From NCBI GenBank assembly GCA_043827405.1, contig JBDRPD010000034.1, positions 1-64,000 on the forward strand: DNA of 64,000 bases, given 5' to 3'. A program made the translations under genes and the position numbers. Source of the DNA: Elusimicrobiota bacterium. GTDB taxonomy: Bacteria; Elusimicrobiota; Elusimicrobia; UBA1565. This document shows, in pieces, positions 56,513 through 64,000 of this stretch (the stretch's first letter is position 1; each line of letters starts with the position of its first letter). The notes below the pieces were generated by a model that was not told the origin of the DNA, ran no database searches, and saw nothing but the letters and a program-made list of their open reading frames with translations.

Positions 56513-57221
56513 GACGTGCCAGCTCCGGAACTAGGGGCGCGTGGCGCCGAAAGCGCTCGACGCCGCCCCCGTATTTTGAGTAGGCGCGCGCGAAAAGCTC
56601 GAGGTCGGCGACCGTCTGGGAAAGCCATGTGGGTATCCGGTGATCGAACTTGAGTTCGAGCACGTGCAGCCCCGGCGGCAGGACGCGCAGGTCGTCGATT
56701 CCGACCGGCCGCGAAAAAAGATCCGGTCCGCCGCAGCGGACGTTTTCGTCGAGCGTGACGCGCAGGCTCGAGCCGAGAAGGTCGACAAGGGCGATGCGGT
56801 CATAGGTCACGGTGAGGATCGGAAGGTGGGGGCGGCGCGCGATTTCCGCAGTCGCGGCGCCCAGCGCTCGCCCCAGGGCGCTGGCGAAAGGATCGTGCAC
56901 CAGGTCGAGGGCCTCCGGCAGTGAAGCGGGAGCGCGCGTCTTCTCGACGCTGCGGTAACGGCGTGTTTTTACCTCGAAGAAGCCGCGCTCTCCCGCGGCG
57001 TCGTAGCCGCGCAGGCGGAGCTTTCGCTTGATGCAGTGGCCGTCGACAATGTCGCGGTAGTGCCGCAGGTCGGCGGTGTCGAAGTACAGCGAGCGGACGC
57101 GATAGTGCCGGCGGCCCTCGAGGTGGGGGTCGTGCCGCATCCAGCGTGACGCCCGGGCTAGAAAGGCCTGCGCCGTCCGGCGGTGGATCACGTATTTGAT
57201 CTCGTAGCGGTTGCGCGCCAT
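56505..57221 (-). CDS. VTC (polyphosphate polymerase / CYTH-like) domain protein
   Basis: RYEIKY, Y.V.SLYFDT, K.RLR.Y, F.E.K, Y.R.A, RVT.D, VLELKF, SKY. Start chosen as ATG57221 (an alternative ATG lies slightly upstream). Confidence 0.88.
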   Translation of the reverse strand: MARNRYEIKYVIHRRTAQAFLARASRWMRHDPHLEGRRHYRVRSLYFDTADLRHYRDIVDGHCIKRKLRLRGYDAAGERGFFEVKTRRYRSVEKTRAPASLPEALDLVHDPFASALGRALGAATAEIARRPHLPILTVTYDRIALVDLLGSSLRVTLDENVRCGGPDLFSRPVGIDDLRVLPPGLHVLELKFDHRIPTWLSQTVADLELFARAYSKYGGGVERFRRHAPLVPELARHG

Positions 57222-57288
57222 GCGGTAAGCTCTTGATCCGGCCATATCATACTCATTATCGGAGCCATTTGATAAAATGCGCCCGTTC

Positions 57289-60219
57289 ATGCCGCATCCT
57301 ATTCTCCGGCCGGTGCGCCGTCCGCGAAAATCCGAAACCGCTTTGCTGTCCGTTCTGGTGTTGGCGAGCGCCGTGTTGCTGACTTTCTGGATCCGAGGGG
57401 GCGAGAAGAAGTCGGCCGTGCCCGCTGGCGAAGAGATGCCGTCCTTCCGAGCTCCGGCGGCCGGTGGGCTGTTCGCTTTGCGGCGGCTCCCGCATTTTAG
57501 TGTCGACGTCGCACCCGAGTTCCTGCGCGCCTTGGACCGGGCGCGTCCGCCGGTGCCCGTGAGCTGCCGCAAGGTGCGCTATAAGTACGTTCCCGCGCGT
57601 GGCGCTGGGCTGGACGGAGAGGCGCTGCCGGGGCCGTATCGGCTTAGATACCGAGGTTACTGCGCCCCGCACTGGCGGCATCGGCAGAGGTCCTTTAAGC
57701 TGCGCGGGCCGGGTGGACGCTCTCCGTACGGCTACCGCACGCTGAACCTCAACGCACTGGCGATCGATCCCTACCTCTTCGAGCCGTGGGCGGCTCAGGT
57801 CCTGTACCGGTCGGGCGGCATCGCCAGCCGGAGCGCTTTGGCCCGGCTGACGCTTAACGGGCAATACGATGGGCTGCGTTCTCTGAGCGAGAACCTGGAT
57901 GCGGACCTTTTGGCGCAGCAGGGCCTGCCCGAGGGCGCGCTGTACCGGGAGCGGGAGCACGCCGCGCTGGGGCGCCAATATGACTCGCTGGCCGAGCTGA
58001 AGGATTTCTGGCAGGCGAATACTCGGCAGAGCGGCTGGCAGGATCTTTGGGCGCTTAACGCCGCGATCCGCGGCTCGGTGCGCGACGGATCGGCCGAGTT
58101 CCGGCGGCGCATCAACGTCCCGCACTACATCAACTACAGCGCTGTCATCACCATAACAGGGACGAGACATCTCGGCGACCACAACATCCCGGTATATCGG
58201 CCGGGATGGGAGCCGCGATTTATCCCCGTCGGGTACGACTTCTTTGAGAACGCGATGGGCGAGCTCGGCGGCAGATTCGTCGCAGCCCAGACGCCTTACA
58301 TGGCCATGAACTGGCTGTCGCAGCTCTTTTGGTCGGACCCCGGCCTGCGCCGGCAGGTACACCGGCGGGCGGCCGAGATCCTGCGGCGTTTCCCCGACCT
58401 CGCCGGCTGGTACGACGATATCCTAAAGACGGCGGAGCCGGCGTTGAGCGAAGACCTCCCGCGGGGGAGGGCGCTGTCGCATATCGGGAGCGTGTCAACG
58501 CTGGCGGACTACCGCGAGAGCAATACTGTGCGGCGCCGGCTACGCATGCGCGTCGAGTTTCTGCGCCGCGCCTATTTGAGTCCTGCGGCACGCATTACGC
58601 CGCGTTGGAGCGGCCAGCGCGAGGCGCAGCTGGCGATCGAAGGCGCCGGAGCCTATTCCGTACTGCTGGCTCCGGAGCGGGACGTGTGCCGGAAAGGCGA
58701 CATGGTCCGTGTCCGCGTCCATAAGGGAGCTTGGCGCACGGTCATCGCCTGCGCGGCGGGCAAGCCCGCCGCGCGGGAGTTTTTGGCCGAGCGCAACGAT
58801 ATCGAGCGGCCCGAGCTGTCGACGCCCGGCGGCGTCCTGCGCAACAGCATCGGCGCCGTGCTCGTGGATATCGAGAACCGAAGCGGGATGCGGCTCATCC
58901 GGCCGGTGATCCGGTCGCTGCAGACCGGAGCGGACGTGCCGGTTAGCGAAGACTGGCCGTTTGACATCCGCCGGCTCGCCAACGGCAAAGCGGCGCTCGG
59001 CGCTCCGGCGCTGCCCTACCGCGAAGACCTGAGCGCCGGAGACGGCTATACTTGGATCGCCGTGCCGGAGCGCCAGACGCCCTTCTCGTATGACGCGGCG
59101 GCGCATATCTTAACCATCGACGGAGGGGTAGCGGGGTCCGAGACTTTCGGCTCCTACGGCCCGCTGCTGTGCTGGCGCCGTGACGGGCGCGGCTTCTGCT
59201 ACGAGTTCAACCGTTATTATGCGGCGGGGGATGAGCCGGCGGCGGAGCCGTCGCCGGCGGCGGATTGGAGGACGCTGGACGCAATCGGCCTGGCGCGGAA
59301 GATCGGCCTGCACAAGGTCGCCCCCGGCCGCTGGCGCGTCCGCCGGTCGGCTGTGCTGCCCGCGGGCTTGGCGCTCGAGTTCGCCGCCGGAGCGCGCCTG
59401 TACTTCGACCCGGGCGTCTATCTTATTGTGCGGGGCGACGTCAGTTTTCCCGCGACGGGGGAGCACGTGACGTTTACGGCTTACGATAAGGAATGGGGCG
59501 GCTTGGTGCTCGCCCGGGACGGCGGAAGCGTCGAGGTCAGAAACGCGCACTTCAGTCGTGCCAACGAGTTCTATCACCAGGGGCGACGCTACACCGCGGC
59601 GCTGACCATCGACGGCCCGGCAAAAGCGCGGATTGCCGCCTCCGCCTTTACCTCTAATTTTGGCGACGACGGCCTCAATGTCGTCGGCGCCGAGGCCAGC
59701 GTTACCGGCAACATATTCCTCGACAATCGCGACGCCATGGACTTCGACCGATGTAAGACCATGCTGTGGGAGAACATCGTGGCACGTTCCGCCGACGACG
59801 GCGTCGACTTCGGCGGCGGCACGGCCGCGTTGTGGGACAATATAGTCTGCGGCTCCGGCGACAAGGGGATATCGGTCGGCGAGGGCGCCGAGGTCCGCGT
59901 CTCTAGTTCGCTGGTCGCGGGCAACAACGTGGGCATCGGCGTCAAGGAAGATTCACGCGCGGTCCTGCGCTCCGTGCTGCTGAGCGGTAACCGCATCGGA
60001 GCCAACGTCTATAAAAATCCGGAGGCCTCGGCGTCGGCGCCGCCGGGGGTTGTCGCGGGAGCTTTTCTGCTTCACCGCAACGAGACGGACTACCAGAAAG
60101 ACGGCGTCCCGGAGAAACCGGACGGCGGCGCGTCGGCGCGTCCTGATGACCCCGTTTTCCGCTATCTGCTCTTTGAAAGCAAACGGCGGGGCAGGAACAT
60201 CTGTCCGGGGCTGCCTTAG
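57289..60219 (+). CDS. CotH kinase family protein with a C-terminal right-handed beta-helix
   Basis: N-terminal TM. YRG....HW....SFKL, LNL, L.LNG.Y.G.....E, HN...Y, F.P.G.D. C-terminal DDGLN / DAMDFD / DDGVDF / DKGISVGE repeats. Confidence 0.75.
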   Translation: MPHPILRPVRRPRKSETALLSVLVLASAVLLTFWIRGGEKKSAVPAGEEMPSFRAPAAGGLFALRRLPHFSVDVAPEFLRALDRARPPVPVSCRKVRYKYVPARGAGLDGEALPGPYRLRYRGYCAPHWRHRQRSFKLRGPGGRSPYGYRTLNLNALAIDPYLFEPWAAQVLYRSGGIASRSALARLTLNGQYDGLRSLSENLDADLLAQQGLPEGALYREREHAALGRQYDSLAELKDFWQANTRQSGWQDLWALNAAIRGSVRDGSAEFRRRINVPHYINYSAVITITGTRHLGDHNIPVYRPGWEPRFIPVGYDFFENAMGELGGRFVAAQTPYMAMNWLSQLFWSDPGLRRQVHRRAAEILRRFPDLAGWYDDILKTAEPALSEDLPRGRALSHIGSVSTLADYRESNTVRRRLRMRVEFLRRAYLSPAARITPRWSGQREAQLAIEGAGAYSVLLAPERDVCRKGDMVRVRVHKGAWRTVIACAAGKPAAREFLAERNDIERPELSTPGGVLRNSIGAVLVDIENRSGMRLIRPVIRSLQTGADVPVSEDWPFDIRRLANGKAALGAPALPYREDLSAGDGYTWIAVPERQTPFSYDAAAHILTIDGGVAGSETFGSYGPLLCWRRDGRGFCYEFNRYYAAGDEPAAEPSPAADWRTLDAIGLARKIGLHKVAPGRWRVRRSAVLPAGLALEFAAGARLYFDPGVYLIVRGDVSFPATGEHVTFTAYDKEWGGLVLARDGGSVEVRNAHFSRANEFYHQGRRYTAALTIDGPAKARIAASAFTSNFGDDGLNVVGAEASVTGNIFLDNRDAMDFDRCKTMLWENIVARSADDGVDFGGGTAALWDNIVCGSGDKGISVGEGAEVRVSSSLVAGNNVGIGVKEDSRAVLRSVLLSGNRIGANVYKNPEASASAPPGVVAGAFLLHRNETDYQKDGVPEKPDGGASARPDDPVFRYLLFESKRRGRNICPGLP

Positions 60220-60223
60220 ACGG

Positions 60224-61231
60224 CTAGAGTCGGGCGGCTTCTTCCAGGCAGGGACGGATCGCCGCTTCCGCGCGGCGGTAGGCCGCCGGAGCCAGCCAGG
60301 CATGATAGCGCGTTTTCAGGTAGAGTGCCCGGGCGCCTTTGAGCGCGCCGAGCAGGGCGGCGGGCAGCAGGGTCTTCTTGTAGAGGGGATGCGACGGGGC
60401 CCGTTCGCGGAATTCCCGGATTAATACCTTGCGCGCCTCGTCGGGCCTGAGCCCTTTGAGCAGATAGGTCGCCACTTCGACCGCCAGCGCTTCGCGCTTT
60501 TTTTCCAGCACATCCGGGGGCGGGTTTCCCGACTTAAGCGCCAGGAGCGCCTCTGCGAAGTCTTTGTGGTAGTCGCCGGTTATCTGTGCCTCATGGATGC
60601 GCCGCACCGACAGCGGTTCGCGGATCGCGCCTACCAGCATCCCGGCGCCGAGCATGCGGCTGTAGAGTTCGGTGTCTTCCAAAATCTTTAGGTCTTCGCG
60701 GTAGTAGCCGTGCTCGGCAAAGGATTCCCGGCGTACCGCGATATTGGTCGTCACGTAGGGCAGGTGCTCGTCGCCGACGGCGTAGTAGCCGGGAACCGCG
60801 CCCTCCGGGATGTCCCGGTCGGGAGCAAAGAGCGGGCCGATGATGCGATCAAAGCGCCGCACATAGGCGTTGGAGAACCAGAATCCGATCTCGGGGCGCC
60901 GCTCCGCGGCGGCGCGGAAGCGGCCCAGGCGTTCGGGCAGATACAGGTCGTCGGAATCCAGGAAAGTCACGAATTTGCCGCGGGCGCGGCGGATCGCCAG
61001 GTTGCGGCAGACATGCTGCCTGCGGTTTTCCTGCTGGTGGATGATGTTTAGGCGCGGATCTTTGGGCAGGGCGCCGAGCACTCTGCGGGTATCATCGGTG
61101 GAGCCGTCATCGATCACCAGGCATTCAAAATCCCGCTCCTTTTGGCGCAGTACGCTCAGCACCGCCGCCGCGGCCATGCGGGCCCGGTTGTAAGTGGGGA
61201 GAATAATGGAAAAAAACGGTTTCTCCGCCAA
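60224..61231 (-). CDS. GT2 glycosyltransferase
   Basis: FSIILPTYNR, IDDGSTD.T, RN......G....FLDSDD...P..L, ED.EL..R. Confidence 0.9.
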   Translation of the reverse strand: MAEKPFFSIILPTYNRARMAAAAVLSVLRQKERDFECLVIDDGSTDDTRRVLGALPKDPRLNIIHQQENRRQHVCRNLAIRRARGKFVTFLDSDDLYLPERLGRFRAAAERRPEIGFWFSNAYVRRFDRIIGPLFAPDRDIPEGAVPGYYAVGDEHLPYVTTNIAVRRESFAEHGYYREDLKILEDTELYSRMLGAGMLVGAIREPLSVRRIHEAQITGDYHKDFAEALLALKSGNPPPDVLEKKREALAVEVATYLLKGLRPDEARKVLIREFRERAPSHPLYKKTLLPAALLGALKGARALYLKTRYHAWLAPAAYRRAEAAIRPCLEEAARL

Positions 61232-61234
61232 GGA

Positions 61235-61768
61235 CTAAACCTTCGGTTTGTGCAGGCCGTGCGTGAACTTGAAGAGCGCGAGACAGATCAAGACGATGAA
61301 GATGCCGTACGCTCCCTGCTCGGCATATCTCGCGGCGGAGTAGGCTTCGGGCCGCAGCATCTGGATCACCATGAGAGCTATTAGTGCGGCATAGGAGGTG
61401 GCGAGGGTCTGCATTTGGGTTCCGTAGAGCGCCGACCCCATGGGGGAAAGCAGGAGCAGCAGCCAGATCGGCTTCCAGTAGAATCCGAAAAAGTAGACGA
61501 GGAGGATATTGGTCGCGGTGTTGAGCCAAACCCGCAGCAGGACCCTTTTTCTCCGCTGCTCCGGTGAAGTTCCCAGCCAATCGAAGGATATCATGTTGAG
61601 AAGCGCGGAGAAGACGATCAGGCCGATGATAAACTCGCGCTTGGGGCTCGGCGGCATCGAGACGATAAAGCCGGATCCCACCAGAAAGATCGAAAGCGGC
61701 GTGAAGTAATTACTGACGGTATGCGTCATCTTCTTGCTCGTGTCGGCGGGTTTGTTAGTCATATTCAT
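61235..61768 (-). CDS. Hypothetical polytopic membrane protein
   Basis: 177-aa ORF with about 5-6 hydrophobic segments, abutting the pilin-like gene and GT2 on the same strand. Confidence 0.7.
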   Translation of the reverse strand: MNMTNKPADTSKKMTHTVSNYFTPLSIFLVGSGFIVSMPPSPKREFIIGLIVFSALLNMISFDWLGTSPEQRRKRVLLRVWLNTATNILLVYFFGFYWKPIWLLLLLSPMGSALYGTQMQTLATSYAALIALMVIQMLRPEAYSAARYAEQGAYGIFIVLICLALFKFTHGLHKPKV

Positions 61769-62206
61769 TCAATAGGTGGACCATGCCGTGCCCTTGCCGT
61801 CGGTGTGGGTGCAGTTCACCCATACATTCCCATAGTCGGGCGCGGTCGCATCGTTGTTGTATGCCCAGCCGCCGGCGTCATCGATGCCGTTCGGGCTGGA
61901 GACGTTCAGGACGGACATCGAGTCGGGGTGATATTCCTTCAGCGACGTTTTGGGAATCTCCGCCAGATAACGGCCATTGACGGTGAGCGCTCCCACCTCG
62001 TAAGGGTGCTGCGTCAGGACATCCGCATAGTAGATCGAAAGGGCGCTGCGGATCGAGCCGAGATTGCCCTTGGTGGCCGAATCCCGGGATTTGCGCATCA
62101 CGGTTCCGAGCCGCTGCAGGGCGATCGTGCCGAGGATGCCGATGATAACCGTGACGATCATCAGCTCTATGATCGTATAGCCGCCGTGTTTTCGCAGACG
62201 CTGCAT
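61769..62206 (-). CDS. Type IV pilin/pseudopilin-like protein (prepilin N-terminal cleavage motif)
   Basis: Basic leader, G|YTIIELMIVTVIIGILGTIA (E5 conserved), ATKGNL..IRSAL..YY.D. Confidence 0.88.
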   Translation of the reverse strand: MQRLRKHGGYTIIELMIVTVIIGILGTIALQRLGTVMRKSRDSATKGNLGSIRSALSIYYADVLTQHPYEVGALTVNGRYLAEIPKTSLKEYHPDSMSVLNVSSPNGIDDAGGWAYNNDATAPDYGNVWVNCTHTDGKGTAWSTY

Positions 62207-62240
62207 AATCCGATTCTACCAGTTTCTCGCGCCCAAACTC

Positions 62241-64000
62241 CTACGGGAGCGCGCCGCGGGGCGCCGGCGTTCTCTCTATGCGGAGTATATGCGCCGGTAC
62301 TTCGCGGGGACGAAGCTCCACGTAGTTGCGCCTTCCGCGCCACGGGTAGCGGGCGTCGGTCAGCAGATCGTGTACCTGATAGGGCTGGTTCTCATCGAGG
62401 CCGAAGTCGGCAAGGGGGAGGTCTACCCAGCCGGACTGCGGGCGCAGAGGGTCCAGGCTGATAATCACCACCACGGGGTCGTTCGGGGACTCCTCCGCGT
62501 GTTTGCTGTAGCACAGGATATTATCGTTGTCCACGGCGAGGAATCGCAGGCTCCAGTCGTTGTGCAGAGCCGGAAGGGCTCTTCGTATGCCGTTGACGCG
62601 CGCGATAAGCCCTTGTATCCCGCGTGAGTCTCCGCGGTTCCAATGCCGGAGCTGATACTTTTCCGAGTTCAAGTACTCTTCCTGGCCTTCCGCTTTCGCG
62701 CTGCTTTCGCAGAGCTCGAACGCCGGTCCGTAGATGCCGTAGCTGGCGCCCAAAGTGGATGCGAGCAGGTAGCGGACCATGAAGGCGGAATGCCCGCCTT
62801 GTTGGAGGTAGGCTATGAGGATGTCGGGCGTATTGGTCCATAAGTTTGGACGGTAGAATTCCCGGACTTCGCTCTGCGTCAGTTCGGTGAAGTACTCGAT
62901 GATCTCGTGCTTGCCGGTCTTCCAGGGGAAGTAGTTGTAGGACTGGGTAAATCCCAGCTTGGCGAGCCGGTACATTATCTTGGGCCGGGTGAAGGCCTCG
63001 GCCAAAAACAGGACGTCCGGATGCTGGGTGCGAATCTCCCGGATCAGCCACTCCCAGAACTCAAAAGGCTTGGTGTGCGGGTTGTCGACGCGAAATATCC
63101 GCACCCCCTGTTCTATCCAGAATAAGAATATGCTCCGGCATTCCTCCCAGAGTTCGCGCCACTGCGCGCATGCAAAGTCGAACGGATAGATGTCCTCGTA
63201 TTTTTTGGGCGGATTTTCGGCGTATTGGATTGTGCCGTCGGGCCGGCGGCGGAACCATTCGGGATGTTCCTTCACGTAGGGATGGTCGGGCGAGCACTGC
63301 AGGGCGATATCCAGGGCGACTTCCAGTCCGCAGCGGGAGGCCTTCTCGATTAGTTCCCGGAAATCGGCCAGCGTGCCCAGCGCGCCGTGGATGGATTTAT
63401 GGCCGCCCTCTGCGGACCCTATCGCCCAGGGGCTTCCGGGATCTTCCGGTCCCGCCGTGAGCGCATTGTTCTTTCCCTTGCGATGCGTACGCCCGATGGG
63501 ATGAATGGGCGGCAGATAGAGGACGTCGAACCCCATATCCGCGATGTAAGACAGCCGGCCGACGCAGTCGCGAAAAGTTCCGTGCTCGCCGGGCTTCGGG
63601 GCGCAGGAGCGAGGAAACATTTCGTACCATGCGCCGCAGCGCGCCCGGTCCCGGTCGATCCATGCTTCCAGCTCTTTCCCATAGCTCGCTATTCGGCGGC
63701 GGTCGGGGTAGCGGCGTGCCAGTTCGGCTATCTCCGGGCCGAGGATGCCGCGGATACGCTCGCCGCTGCCGGTTTCCTGGCGCAGTTTTTGCGCGCAGGC
63801 GCGCAGGCGGCGCGCATCGGCGCCGGCGGCGCGCCGGGCCGTCTGCTCCAGGCGGCCGGCTCCGATGAGCAGATCTACCCGCAAATCCTGTCCTGCCGCC
63901 AGGCGCTTGTCGAGGTCGCGCAGCCATGTCATGAAGGGGTCGATCCATGCCTGGGCCGTGAATTTATAGCGTCCGATCTCGGTCGCGGTGAATTCCGCCG
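62241..64000 (-). CDS. glgE: Alpha-1,4-glucan:maltose-1-phosphate maltosyltransferase GlgE (5' end outside window)
   Basis: AWYE.FPRS, GFDVLYLPPIHPIG...RKG.NN, PGSPWAIG, QCSPDHP, YAENPPKKYEDIYP, FRVDNPHTKP, FLAEAFT, NTPDIL. The frame stays open to the window end (AEFTATEIGRYKFTAQAWIDPF). Confidence 0.95.
   Translation of the reverse strand, partial: AEFTATEIGRYKFTAQAWIDPFMTWLRDLDKRLAAGQDLRVDLLIGAGRLEQTARRAAGADARRLRACAQKLRQETGSGERIRGILGPEIAELARRYPDRRRIASYGKELEAWIDRDRARCGAWYEMFPRSCAPKPGEHGTFRDCVGRLSYIADMGFDVLYLPPIHPIGRTHRKGKNNALTAGPEDPGSPWAIGSAEGGHKSIHGALGTLADFRELIEKASRCGLEVALDIALQCSPDHPYVKEHPEWFRRRPDGTIQYAENPPKKYEDIYPFDFACAQWRELWEECRSIFLFWIEQGVRIFRVDNPHTKPFEFWEWLIREIRTQHPDVLFLAEAFTRPKIMYRLAKLGFTQSYNYFPWKTGKHEIIEYFTELTQSEVREFYRPNLWTNTPDILIAYLQQGGHSAFMVRYLLASTLGASYGIYGPAFELCESSAKAEGQEEYLNSEKYQLRHWNRGDSRGIQGLIARVNGIRRALPALHNDWSLRFLAVDNDNILCYSKHAEESPNDPVVVIISLDPLRPQSGWVDLPLADFGLDENQPYQVHDLLTDARYPWRGRRNYVELRPREVPAHILRIERTPAPRGALP

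Overview
GC-rich, gene-dense chromosomal window from a diderm (LPS-producing) bacterium. Protein style and gene content are reminiscent of Elusimicrobiota, but this is an inference. I saw no rRNA, tRNA, CRISPR, IS or prophage. Layout: (1) 1-9.4 kb holds marC (partial), a small membrane protein, recG, a TonB-dependent receptor, a Cys-rich CopD-like membrane protein, spoVG, rpmB and two tandem GT-C-like paralogs. (2) 9.3-24 kb is a minus-strand envelope operon: bamA-skp-lpxD-lpxC-fabZ-lpxA-lpxI-(gnnA-like)-lpxB-msbA-ZIP, then a C-terminally truncated Rel and a cNMP-binding-domain protein. (3) 24-32.6 kb is a tightly coupled 8-gene minus-strand inositol cluster: HAD, nucleotidyltransferase, ATP-grasp, class III aminotransferase, Gfo/Idh/MocA dehydrogenase, a nucleotide-cyclase-like/CDP-alcohol phosphotransferase fusion, ino1 and GNAT. 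(4) 32.8-55.8 kb is a ~23 kb plus-strand unit, pilMNOPQ followed by 14 glycosylation/modification genes, with a leader carrying a terminator-like hairpin. (5) 55.8-60.2 kb has a VTC-domain gene and DUF4956 divergent from a CotH-kinase/beta-helix gene. (6) 60.2-64 kb has GT2, a membrane protein, a pilin-like gene and glgE (partial). The best candidate for an undescribed system is the inositol cluster. Its ATP-grasp enzyme carries motifs matching eukaryotic ITPK1-type inositol phosphate kinases, and it sits with amino-inositol-forming enzymes and a degenerate cyclase fused to a CDP-alcohol phosphotransferase. All calls come from motif recognition by eye, with no database searches.
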